The translations under genes were made by a program, and so were the position numbers. Of a DNA stretch of 64,000 nucleotides, positions 38,201-50,200 are shown piece after piece (the first letter of the stretch is position 1; each line of letters starts with the position of its first letter). Location of the stretch: contig CM074514.1 in assembly GCA_037379345.1 (NCBI GenBank), positions 40,982,001 to 41,046,000 of the forward strand, given 5' to 3'. This DNA comes from Perna viridis (Eukaryota). The notes beneath the pieces are model-generated. The model worked only from the letters and a program-made list of their open reading frames with translations, was not told the DNA's origin and did not search any database.

Positions 38201-38930
38201 CTAAAAAAGAAATCATATTGCTATTTTCCTCCTCTTGTCGTTTTTTCTAAGCAATTTGATGGCTTTTCTTGACCCTTCTTTACACCTTTTGGCGATATTA
38301 TTTATATTAGTGTTCGTATTTCGGACTTCCTGGCAAAAGCCACAAAGGCTTACTCTCACATCATGGAAACGAAAAAAGAATCAGAATTAAGGAGGTAGAC
38401 CTAGGGTAAGGGACATAACTCATGAAGTCAGTGATATGTTTGTATCATATTCGATTTCACCAAAGCCTATCAAGCTTTCATTTGACACAGAATGAAATCA
38501 GTCTAAGTTACTTTGACACTTACATGACAGTGGTGTAAAAAGCTGAAAACAAACATTCCAATGATTTTTAAGAGTGATGTCCCTTACCCCAGGTCTACCT
38601 CCTTAAAATGTATAATAAACGCTTTTTAGTGTAGAAGAATTGAAAATACCAAAGTTTGTACATATATGAGATCTCCCACTGACGCGACTTTCTGTCAGAC
38701 GTAAATCAGGCTCCCAGTGTTTTCAAGCTGCTATGGCTTTATTTCACATGAAAAACCGATATGGAGCCTTTGTCCTTTATTATAGTCAATAATGGAACTA
38801 AAATACCATTATTTTTCTGTTTCATTTTACAGATTGGTTCTACAGAGCCCTGATTCTGAGTCTAACTCCATTATCACTTATGACAGCAGTTGCTTGTATT
38901 GTCCTCCTGCTGACTGTTTTCTGGTTTTAA
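28370..38930 (+). CDS. Gene B (11 exons, 632 aa): tandem paralog of gene A, tailless VWA/cadherin-like membrane protein
   Basis: Exons 28370-28433, 29384-29965, 30633-30701, 31624-31788, 32642-32723, 33857-34041, 34530-34712, 35216-35340, 36170-36347, 36865-37032, 38833-38930. GT-AG introns, lengths and phases identical to gene A, frame intact. Confidence 0.9.
28732..29042. repeat. Long inverted repeat of a tRNA-derived (Pol III A/B box) sequence
   Basis: Arms 28732-28838 and 28936-29042; A box tggccgagtgg, B box gttcgagtcc. Confidence 0.85.
29169..29204. repeat. (TA)18 microsatellite
   Basis: Read directly from the sequence. Confidence 0.95.
29384..29965 (+). CDS. Gene B exon 2, degenerate VWA domain
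   Basis: tttcag/gtaaat; 582 nt; ~71% aa identity to A exon 2 (hand count). Confidence 0.9.
30633..30701 (+). CDS. Gene B exon 3
   Basis: ttgtag/gtacat; CGENFFAYDYPSEITSTADTQQ. Confidence 0.85.
30974..31172. mobile_element. Degenerate TTAA-type MITE, same family as 38391
   Basis: ttaa|ggaggaagacgtaaggtatgggaca...tgtcccctaccttaggtcta. Confidence 0.65.
31214..31262 (+). repeat. 16 bp tandem repeat x3 (gtaaacgtactcagtt)
   Basis: Read directly from the sequence. Confidence 0.85.
31624..31788 (+). CDS. Gene B exon 4
   Basis: cttaag/gtaagt; DTAWDISCCAVVKQWSFW. Confidence 0.9.
31878..32224 (+). mobile_element. Second copy of the 23556-23911 repeat (gene B intron 4)
   Basis: aacacctcagcctttctagtta...ggaaatggccgagtagttccgattgc shared. 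Confidence 0.8.
32642..32723 (+). CDS. Gene B exon 5
   Basis: aaacag/gtaaac; ERIAIKDGDKIAW. Confidence 0.88.
33857..34041 (+). CDS. Gene B exon 6
   Basis: tttcag/gtatgt; YSSGQNIIAYESC. Confidence 0.88.
34530..34712 (+). CDS. Gene B exon 7, cadherin-like
   Basis: ttaaag/gtatgt; closely matches A exon 7. Confidence 0.88.
35216..35340 (+). CDS. Gene B exon 8, cadherin-like
   Basis: ttacag/gtgagt; 41/42 aa identical to A exon 8. Confidence 0.9.
35546..35916. mobile_element. MITE with 16 bp TIR taagaatcatgcaaaa
   Basis: Perfect TIR at 35546-35561 / 35901-35916. Confidence 0.8.
36170..36347 (+). CDS. Gene B exon 9, cadherin-like
   Basis: atgcag/gtaagt; PPIVTNLP...ICC. Confidence 0.9.
36865..37032 (+). 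CDS. Gene B exon 10, cadherin-like
   Basis: gtctag/gtaagg; FVCCQDAYG. Confidence 0.9.
38391..38602. mobile_element. 212 bp MITE with TTAA TSD (Kolobok/piggyBac-type target site)
   Basis: ttaa|ggaggtagacctagggtaagggaca...tgtcccttaccccaggtctacctcc|ttaa. Confidence 0.88.
38833..38930 (+). CDS. Gene B exon 11, terminal hydrophobic helix and stop
   Basis: ttacag acceptor; DWFYRALILSLTPLSLMTAVACIVLLLTVFWF-TAA; AATAAA at 38981. Confidence 0.88.
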
Positions 38931-40051
38931 AAAGCACAAACATTGAACGATCAGTTTTGTTTGTCACCATACATGATATAAATAAAATTATAATATTTAC
39001 AAAATAGGTTTACTGTTTATAATAAATGATATCATCAATACATGTATATAGGAACAAAATATGTAGCCTAGCAACTGTAGGCGACAAGAAGTTATTTTTA
39101 GATTTAAAGAGGTTATTTTTACTGGATTATTGAATATTTATTTCCCTATAAAACTCAATAACTGCTCAGTTATTGTGTAGTGGATGAATAAATGTACATA
39201 ATGTTCCCGATAAGGGTACATTCCATTGGTCATGTTGGTATCATCGTACAATCATTTAGATGTTGATAAAAGGGCAACATGTATTACACGTGAAAAGTTT
39301 TGATTGGTACGAAGCAATCAAGTGATCTGAAGTTCTCACTGCGTCAGCGAAATACTCAATTCAAAGTCTGTAAAATCGTTTTGAAGTGAAACATATTTAA
39401 GAAAGGCGTTGTTTCGTCGATATTGGAATTTTGGAAATGACTACTTAAGTACCAGTCCACATAAAATTCAAACACTGCAAATGGTAAAGTGATTCATGGC
39501 GCAGAAAAACCCACCAAACAAACGATGCTTTTCCAGGCTGCATATGCTGTAATTTCATATAACGATAACCTTTTCTGCATTCAGATCTGCACTTATTAGA
39601 AAATCATACATTCATCTTCCACAAAAAGCAACCAAATGAAGCTAAATCAAGAACGATAACTCTTCCAATGTGCCAATTACATGTCCAATCTATATGATTT
39701 TTATATCAAAAGCGCAGCAACGTAATGAAAAACTAAGACTGGTTATGTGACCAGTAAGTGTTTCTGAACAAGAAATAAGACTGAATTCAGTGGGTTTTTA
39801 ACATGCTTGAATCATCTTCTGTCTGATTTTTAGAAAGACTTATACTTAAAACCAAAATAAGAATCAAACGATGAGAAAGACGTTAATGTATTGTTGTGTA
39901 GCAAAGACGATAAATGCAGGAGATATCACCCTTATTATAAGTACATATATATAAGTAATATATTCGCTAAGTGCACAATTCGAATCAAAACAAATTAAAT
40001 CTGTAGGCGGCCAGAAGTTTAAACAAGCAATGATTAAGGCAGTCATTTTAA

Positions 40052-40263
40052 GGACGTAGACCTATGGTAAGGGACATAACTCTTGAAATCAGTAATATGT
40101 TTGTATCATATTCAATTTCACCAAAGCCTATCGAGCTTTTGTTTGAAGCAGAGCAAAATCAATCCAAGTTTATTAGATGCTTCCATAAGGTGGATGTAAA
40201 ATGTTGCATACAAACGTTCCAATGATTTTTAAGAGTTGTCCCCCTTACCTTAGGTCTACCTCC
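40052..40263. mobile_element. 212 bp MITE with TTAA TSD, same family, abutting the gene C stop
   Basis: ttaa|ggacgtagacc...aggtctacctcc|ttaa. Confidence 0.88.
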
Positions 40264-40269
40264 TTAATT

Positions 40270-41279
40270 CTACTGCGTTCCAAGAGGAGCATTGCCTGCA
40301 TCAATGATCTCATCGAATACACTGATTATTTCTTCATCATGTACATCATCAACATTGGTTATGGCATTATCATGAGAAGAAGTTCTTAAGTTATCGTCAT
40401 TATCGGAAAAAACAGCAGATATTACTGATTGACTTCGTTCCAATATCACTTTACAAGACAAATCTTCGGTTTCATATATTGGCTCTTCCGGATTTACAGA
40501 GTCTACTGAAATTTGTGCTTCAACATGGTCACTTAAGTCAAGCGAGTTTTGTGTGGTTTTTATCTGATCGTTTGAATCCATCAATTCCATATTGTTTGTG
40601 TCGGTTTGTTCGATTTTACTCTCCATCAGTTTCTTCAGTAACTGTTTTTGTTTTTTTACTTGCTCAGCCTTTGCTATTGTTTCCTGCCATTTCTCTTTAA
40701 TTTCATTCTTTTTCTGAAAGATTGCAATTGCACGTTCGCGATCGGGTTTCTTAATCATTGGTTTGCGTCCATAGTGAAATAAGTTCATTTCGACGCCAAA
40801 CTCAGTTCTTGATTTTGAGCCAAGATCTTGAGACGTAGAAATATCTATTTCAGAGTTTTCATTTAAATCTTGTGCCACATCGTCGTGCAACATAGTTTGT
40901 GTAATATTTTGAGGTATGTCAGACACTTTGTTTACGTTCCTAGATCTCCATACAGGAATGAAGAATTCTTCATCGGTGTACATATTTTTGAAATAGATTG
41001 TGTCTCCCTTTGATTTTTTATTTACTTCTGTTTTTTCGCGTTCAATAATAAACGAGTCTGACGGCTTAGACAATGTCTTAATATCTGTTTCCATTCTTGA
41101 TTCTAAAGTGGGCGGCAATACATCGTTTGTTTCGAATTCTGCCTCAATAGAATGTCTTCCATCTTCTATGTCTTGTGTTGCATCAAGACAAAACATAGTT
41201 ATAATAAGTATTGCAAAAGTTAAAATTGTCATAACTGATATAGGTAGCATGGAAACAACTATTGCTCTCGTAAACCAAC
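40270..41279 (-). CDS. Gene C exon 13, TM helix and long acidic cytoplasmic tail
   Basis: Poly-T/cag acceptor; GWFTRAIVVSMLPISVMTILTFAILIITMFCL then ~304 aa open frame to TAG. Confidence 0.88.
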
Positions 41280-44200
41280 CTGAAAAAAAAAAAAAAGAAC
41301 TGCAAAATGTTCGATCTGTAACATACATTATGAATAATCAAAGATTCCAGCTATTTCTTTAAAAGTACTTGTTACTCCAAATTAATGACAAAGTGACGAT
41401 TTGAATGTCAGACCTATATTTCTTTTTATATATTATATTATTATTATTATTTTTTAAATTTTAACCGGACTTCTGACTCATGATCGCCATGTGCGGGGCG
41501 GGGAGGTCGGTATGTGGTATTTCCCTCGAGGTCTTGTTTTATAGTCACTGATTCTCTACCTTGTTCACTGAATACATTATAATTGTGTAGGAACCAAAAC
41601 AAGGTGTAGCAGTTGGATATGTGTCTTAAAATACAGTAGCTTTTAATGAACAATTGAATTCTGTGCAGTTTAAATTGACCCCATATTCGTGTCATAATAG
41701 AAAGATATACATTTGTAACATTTTTTTTAAGTACACCTGTGTACAATGACAAAGCTTTTTATTGATCTCTCTCTTTGAACTCTCTTAACACGACTCTTAG
41801 GTAATGCGAACAATGAATGGCGATCTGAACGATACGTATCTAAGATGAAAAAAAAAAAAAAACACAAAACAAAAAACAAAAAACACAAAAAAAACAATAA
41901 ATACAAAACAAAACAAAAAAATAAAGTCGTTTGTACCCTTCCCGTAATACATACAGTAATAGTTGAATTTGGCTTGATTGGTTCTCTTTCAGCAAGGCAG
42001 GTTATTTTGTATAACCAGTTTTGGTACAGTGACGTCATTAACGTCGGTTAGTCCACACGCCGCGATTCAAATGAAGAAAAGCGGTTTATAAGTGTAAACT
42101 GTTGCCAACCAGGTAGATGGGTATAACCTGTTAAAAATATGTTGAACATACCCGGTGGAGTATAGGTTGTTACTGTTTTAGTTTCTTTAAGCCTGATGAT
42201 AAGATACCCAACTGAGGAGCCGTTAAAATTATCCTGACAGCAAACAAATAGTCTGTAGGAATCGACGTCTCCATATGAAAAAGCTGGATTATCACTGGTC
42301 CATAATGAATACACTATAATAAAGGAGAGCATTTTTTTTTATTAAGTATAAGGGTGTCTAAACATTCTTTGTATACATTGGCTACTTGTTTACTTTATAA
42401 TCCCTCAAAGATGCATAAATAATAAAATGAATCACATCAATTGCAGACTTACTGAAATGATTAAATGGATACGATGAGGACGCAATGATGTTTCAATACA
42501 AAACACCGGGAGATAAACTTAGCACTTTTGACACACAATTTTGTTGCCGTTTCTAATTAAAATAAAACACCCAATTTAAAAATACAGTCACTACTATTTT
42601 TTATGTCGTTGATAGCACAATGACAGAATATGATTGCGAATTTACTTTAAACACAGTTCCTGACTATATCAACATCCCAATACAGCCAGAAGTATAACAG
42701 GCACAAAGTATACAGAATCATGGTATGATAAACTAAGTTGGTGTAAATGGAAATATTACTTTATCAGAATCAGACATAAACTGTACCTCCATTTTCGTAT
42801 TTGATCCGGAAGTTCAATGTATGTGGAAGCGTATATGGCATGGTACAGCATATTGGATCGTTGGTGAAGTCAGATACGTTGAGGCTGTATAAAAACATTG
42901 GTTCTTTTACGGTTTCGCTGATTTCCATGATATGTGGTAAATTGTGCACCACAGGAGGCTGAAAAGAAATACAGGTAAACCTGTCTAAACCCAACAATAT
43001 TTTAGAGGTTAAAGTTGGATCAGTTTAAACCGGTGTTTAGTTTGCGAAGTTTCAAGATATATTTAAGCTAATACAAAAGCGGCTAGCGTACAGGAATTTC
43101 CATATTATTCAGGGTTTGGTTTAGATAGGTTTCTTTGTGATTGATTTAGTGTATCGTTGTTTTATTGTTCGACCCTTAAGATTACAATTTCGATTGGTTA
43201 AATTCAACCGGGAAGCCAGTGACACAGGATAATTCTTTCTTAAGTCCAAAGTCACGTGATTTCAAGTCCTAAATCGACGTCATTGTTATCGTTTCAACTG
43301 CACGATTAAAAAACCGTAATTTCAATTATTTATCGCGTTTCAAAAAAAAAAAAAAAAAATAAACAATGATATCTGTAGCTACCTGGATAATTTATATTTT
43401 CCATACTCTTTATACATTACGAGACGAAACTTATTTCTAATATTATTTTGGAGAAATCCAACGTAATGTAGAGAGTTGGGTGGTGTTACGCGTCGATTAA
43501 ATCATGAAACATGTCGTTCACAAATCGAGTAATGGGCATTTATGTGATTAAGGTGATGAACAATTCATATAAAATGTTAAATATCCACATGAAAAGAGAT
43601 ACAAATATATAGGATGCAATTGTGTCAGTGACTTGTCCATAGACGTCATAATATTCGGAACGTTTTGGGCTTTTCGAATGGAAAAAAATAGTTAATTCTA
43701 GAGAAGTGTTTCTTAAAATAGGAAAGTTCATTAGATGGTTTGAGAAATTAATATTTTGTTTGTAATTATTAAATAAAAAAAAGTCAAGACCATGCATTAA
43801 TGGATGCAGAGTAGGGAATTTTCGACATCAAAATAGAATGTCGAAGGGTTGTAGACCTATATTTTTTTTTTTAATTTACACTTTTCTTGTCAATTAACCA
43901 GCAAAAAAAAATGCATTTTACTGGTATAATGTCGTGTGTACTAGAGGCAAAACTATCACGAACAACCTCTTGACATCTATCATTCAAACAGTCTGCAATC
44001 CACTGGACAAGATTGCGATGAATACCATAAGACTTAATTTTATGTATTAAGCCTCTGTGCCAAACCTTATCAAAGACTTTAGATCTATCACAGAAAATAA
44101 ATCTGACATCTTTGCCCTGATCAGGGTTGGAAATAATAATATTATAAATCCCAAGGAGCTGATTCACAGTGCTATCACCAGGTTGAAACCCTGATTGGTG

Positions 44201-47200
44201 TTTATTAAGTAGGTTCTTAAACTTCATGTAGTTGAAAAAGGTGCTTAAATAGTATCTTCTCCATAATCTTCGAAACAATACTAGTAAGAGAAATGGGTCG
44301 GTTGTTTAAAGTATCATGATGACTACCTTTACCCTTATAAACAGGGGTAACATAAGGAAGTTTCCAAGCGTGAGTTTTCCGTTTCAAACGAAGAGAGCAA
44401 TTAAAAAGTTTTGTGATCGGTTTAAATAGCCTCAATTTAACCTCTTTCAATACACAAGGTGAAATACCATCTGGACCAGCCCGTTTGTTTTGGTCTAAAA
44501 TCTTCAATTGGTCAAGAACTTCATTTTCATTAATGATAAAACTAAATTAACAGGCTTAAGATCGGTACTATTTAAAAAAATACAAAAAAGTGGACACAGT
44601 TGTATTATTCCTTGATATTTTTAATAATTAGGGGAATTTCCATCAAATTATAGTTGGAAATTCAAACTGTTATTAATAGGTCTTAGTACTATTCAATCAT
44701 TTATACGGTATGCAGATTTATAGTATGCATAGGGTTGGACTGCTTTATGAACATAGGATTGAAAAAATGGAAGCACCAAGGTACATAGCAAGAACTTTTT
44801 ATATATGTAAAAATGTATTAAAGTAAAAAATTCAGCAGTGTGATTTATAAATCTTTCTCCATAAATCAAATTGTCATATGTAAGCTTACTATAATACTTA
44901 CAAATATATCACACAAGTTTCAAGACTAAACAGCTTTGAAGTGACAGATCTGTATTATTTCTTCCAGACACTTACATGTAAAACATATTAAATGTAGTAT
45001 TTTCCTTGTATGAGGGAAATTATGTGGTATGTTTTCCAATTTTTTTAAACAAGTTTCTTTAGGAATATAATAGAATTTCCAAAAGGGAAAACAAAGTATA
45101 TGATAATATGAGGGAAATTGTGTTGTTTGTTTTCCAATTTTTTTAAAACAAAAATTTCTATAGGAATATAATAGAATTTCCAAAAAGGAAAACAAAGTAA
45201 ATGATAAAAATCTAGAAATGGTTGAATCCTATTCTTATTATATTTATATTTTATTTTCTTTTGGTCTGAATTTTTCTTACAATAAATTCTGATTACTAGA
45301 TTGGTAAAACAAATCTGTTCAAATCATCTGAATTTAGGTTTCTGCCTTTAGATGTTGTGATATTTTAGCAGAGGAATGAAACTAATTGATATTTGTGTAT
45401 GTGTGAGAATCATACTTGTGCTACCACCTGCTTTGCTGCTTTTTATTTATTATTTTGAATTTATCAAGGGGCTAGTTTGTATACATAAGTACACTCCCTA
45501 ATTTATCTTAAATTCAAATTAAAAAACAATGTCATGTTTAGTGTGGGGCTAGTTCGACATACATTGCTGTTGGACTCAAACTTCTAAAAAAAAATTGCAA
45601 CGTATCAGACCTCGTGTAGAGTAATACATTTTTTTTTCAATCCAGAATTTCAGGTACAATGAACATTTATAAACTATCAACTTTAAATGACTTCATCATG
45701 CATGGCCATCATCCGAACCTCAGTATCAAGTTTACTAAACTCTTATTAATAAGAGTGACAAGCAAGTCCCTGAATCCGACAAAATTTCAGAAATTTATTT
45801 ATGGCAGATTCGGAATATCTGATATATTAGAAACATATAAAAGAATGCATAATAATTTCAATTTCCTTCCATTTTTTCTTCTTTATATTCACGGATCAAC
45901 TAAATTTATTCAAAGTAAAAGTAAAAGGATCTAGCCAAACGATATTCTTTCTTTCGGATCAGATCAGCTATAAAGTCAGCCTCATAAGAGTGAAGGAATA
46001 GGTCAGCAAGTAAAGGAGCACAATTTGTTCCCATTGGAATGTCGACCGTTTATTGAAAATATATTTGGAAGATGACTTGGAATTATTTCTGACAAAGTAT
46101 GAGGAATCTCTACCAAGAACTATATATTTGTATCTAGGTGTACCATCTTTTTTTTTTGGAAAAAAACAACGATGTATAATGTTTTTAAGTCGGGGTTTTA
46201 ACTGAGTATGGGGAATAGAAGTATACAGTATTGACAATTCATAGTTTTTAATGCTATTATATTCAGATAATAGTCTTGAACTGTTGTCTCCAAAAGATCT
46301 TTCGAATTTTTCAGTATCCACATTGAATTAATACCACTACGGGAGTAACAAGTGTTGTGGTAGGACTGCAGACCCTCTTTGACAGTTGTGAGTATAGACG
46401 TTAAATGTTTTGCAAGAACAGTCAGGTGGTTTAGCCTTGAAGTCCTCAATCTCGAGGTTCTGCAGTAGCCTTTTATAATTGAAAATTTTGGATGCAATGG
46501 GTGAAGTATAGGAATATTAAATAATTGGTATGGATTTGTCTTTGAAATATGGGGGAATTTTGTTGGTAACGTTTTTGTGATGGAGAATGTTAGCCAACTT
46601 AATTGCATCTATACCTTTGTTAACAAACGGTAGTGGAATAAATGATCGTTTTTCTTCATCTTGACTTTTCACACAGACTGGTTTAAACGTCCTTAATGTT
46701 TAAATTTGATAACGATATATACAGTCAGAACTGATTGAATTTAATATTACATTTAATAAATTGAAACTCTCGATATTTTTTAGATGCTCAGACACGAGCA
46801 ACTTAGTATAAATTTATTAAAGTTATTCTCTCTTGCCATTTAGTGATTGTTTGCAAAATTCTTAATCAAAATTGCAATATGTCACAATAATTTTAGATTA
46901 ATAATTAAATATATACTATGACATTTAATCACTTACAGCGTTGTACGTCGACACAGTTACGGTCGTGGATGCTGAATGTCTACACGAGTCTTGGCCAATG
47001 ACAGTTAGTATGTATGGACCACTAGGACCTTCTGGTAACTTCTGCTCTAACGTCATAGTCGCTGTAAGTATAATTCGTTTAAATGAAGCCAAGAGCAAAA
47101 TATAAATGCAAAGAAGAAATTACATTCACTTTTGAATTCTGTGGAGTCAACTTTTACAATGTTTTGTAATTGACAACATGTCGCCACATGGAATGAAAAT

Positions 47201-50200
47201 TGTTTTCTGTTGCCTTTTTTATTGTGAAAAAAGGAAAGAATGCACAGACCCGGCAAACCTGACAAATTTTTAGACCAACGTTTTGGCTCCAAAAGTTGTA
47301 AAATCTCCATGGCTCTACTTCTAATTTGTGGAATATCGTTTTTTGTTTATGTCAATGTGTCATTTTAGTGGATTATGAGCAGGCTATTTTACCTGCAGAC
47401 AATTATCTTTGTAATGACCTATCATTATCATTGATATCTGTTTCGATTTTTATTGATACAGTTAAACTCTACCTAGTTCGTATTGCACGCTACCCATGGC
47501 AAAGTAATGGCTGTTAACACCAGTTAAGGACATGGTAATATTATCTGCAAGGTCGGTATCTGTTACCCGGAAGTACATCACCTTAAATCCGACAGGAGTA
47601 TTCTCTTCTACCTCTGTTTCATTTTGTATGGGAATAATATGCAGCTCTGTGTCTTGAAACAAACACAATGGAATAAATACAATAATTAAAAAAAATCAAA
47701 ATTCATTGAACTAATTATTTGATAGAAAGGCGATTTGATTTTATTGTTATATCGTGAAGATATATTAGAAGTAAATTGTTATGAATCCGATCCTAAAATA
47801 AGAAATAATTATTTCTTCAAATCTCTTCAAATTAAGGAATATTAAGGAAAAGTCGGCCATATGTCATGGGGTACATATATGACATTTATGAAAGGTAAAC
47901 ATACTGTCAGTAGCTGCCAGTTTAAGCGAATACCCTCGATTTGGAACAGTAGTTGCGTTTACGAAATTCAGCGTATCTCCGTCAACAAAAGTATCACGTG
48001 ATATGCGCAGCATTTTGTTGTTTTGTGGACAGTTATCACCCGTGCAATCAGCATGTCCAATAATATTTGCTGCTGACGTGTGCCTTAAATAGTTCAGATA
48101 TTATTTTTTTTTAATTTTAGGGTTAGAGATACATACACTTATTACATAATGTTTGTATATGAGTGTTTATTTATACAACATTTATATGTAGACTTTTCTA
48201 TATTTTTTTACCCGTTTACAGAAAATAAATTGTTTAAGCAGCGAGTACATATGTATTGATCTGTTTACTGAGTTAAATTTACTGATATTAACAGTTGGTA
48301 ATACCTGAATCTTTTTATCTAGATTAATTTACTTTGAAAAATACACAGGAAACACAGAAACAATTCTTACCCCCCTAAGTTTTATTTAAATTCATTTTGC
48401 TTATTTGTTTATTTATATGTATAATATCTTGTCAACTGATTGAGACAAATATCCCTTACTTAGACAAGTGTATTTTAATCACAGATCATTAAACTATTTG
48501 GAACAAATTCATGAAATGACAGAAGGAAATTTGACTTAAACAAAAGTGGACACTTACCCTATCGATGCTTTTAGTCCACGATCAAAGTTTCTAGTTGACT
48601 CTTTGTTCATATAATTTTATGTCAATGCATGTGTTAGTTTGATTATTTCATTTTTCTTGTTGTGTGAGGCTTTATTTTCGTTGTGTATGTAGTGGTTATC
48701 CCCGAATTATGATATTTTTATCATTGTTCGTGTCACGGTTCCATTGATTTACCTTTTGAAAGCAAAGTAAGGTTGAATATGTATTAAGATAACATAGAGA
48801 CAATGGAGGATTCTCTTGTCTACATCTGAGAACAATATGTCATCTATTACATTATGTTTTACAATACATTATCTGAATATAATAGCATATGTTTTTACAA
48901 ACCACCCTAAAAAGTCTCCTTCCACAAATGCTACCCTCTCTGACGCAAGAAGGTTGAACGAAACTGTTTTACCAACGTATGCCTCTGAAATTAAAGATCA
49001 TAATATTAATTAATCATGGAGTTATAAGTTTATTTTTTGCATCTTTAAGATATGCATTTATATGGAATTTTTTTTTTGCTTTGGAATATTACATAAAAAA
49101 TGATGTCAAATGAATATCCCTTAAACTCTAAGAGAATATGAAACCATCTTCATGCTGCTTTTATCATATTCATCTCAACGTCCTAAAACAATGTTGAAAA
49201 TATTTGGAATATTTTTCATATTTTAAACTTTTCGTATTAAAAACTGTATTGTTCAACGATGAAAGTTAATCACTTTACATGTATAAATCATGATACAGAC
49301 ACTGGGTTGAAGAAGGTTCTTCAATATCTAGAACGTCATTTGCCAGTCAACATGCTTAGTTTTTATGCTTTTATGATATTTTGAAGTATATTTCAAATGC
49401 TGATATTTAAAAAAAAACACACTGACCCATCTATTTTTCTTTCAATATTGTTTTAGCGTAAAAGACCTTTGAAAAGATACAACCCTTAGAGACCCATGTT
49501 ACTATCAACAAGAGCACTTAACATCCTTAAAATTCAAAATTAAAACTCACCTGGTACAACGATTCGAGTTGATCCTACCAAATAATAGCTGTAGCGGCCA
49601 GTGTTCCGGAAAATCATGACTTCAACGACCCCGTGGTTTACTGCATAAAACTCCCATACTGATGTTGCTCCACAGCATGTCATTTGGTAGGCAGAGTCAG
49701 TCATTAGATATAGATAGCCTTTAATTATTGGACAAACTCAAGCATTTGATGATGCAGGTGATATTCTTATATGTGAAAAGGAGAACAAGTTGCCATACAG
49801 ATCTTTCAAATATCTGATTTATCGAAATGAGTCATAATTAACTACCTTTGCTTCATTGGGCTCCGCCAAAGGCTTAATTGCCCGACCCACTTCTCCCTAT
49901 TTCCACTGATAATCAGCATTTGTCGACCTCATTATCCTTGTGTCCCATCCCATTTTTTATTTCATCATCATCTTATGGTCATTTTATCAACCATTTCATG
50001 TTCGTGGCCTGGATATGACTGGCCATGGAATATTGCTGCTCAGGCGTTACACCCCAATAATCAATCAATCAATCATTGCTTCTTTGTTGAGCGCTTACAG
50101 GGTAAGAAATGATTATTTTTGTGAGTCTAGAATCAACATCAACGACAGTATACATCTTGTATTTTAATATAGTTTTGACACATACAGGCACTTATCCATA

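Noticed and set aside
9600-38930. A and B as haplotype duplicates from mis-assembly, or as one gene with alternative exon sets
   Set aside because: The introns do not align, the TE content differs and the VWA exons are ~29% divergent. Each has its own signal peptide, stop and poly(A) candidate.
41000-41362. Plus-strand ORFs 41000-41362, 40479-40700 and 53189-53482
   Set aside because: They are antisense shadows of gene C exons.
43871-46800. Intact or domesticated reverse transcriptase tied to diversification of the cluster
   Set aside because: These are two unrelated, frameshifted and truncated RT relics in one intron, with no template/variable repeat pair.
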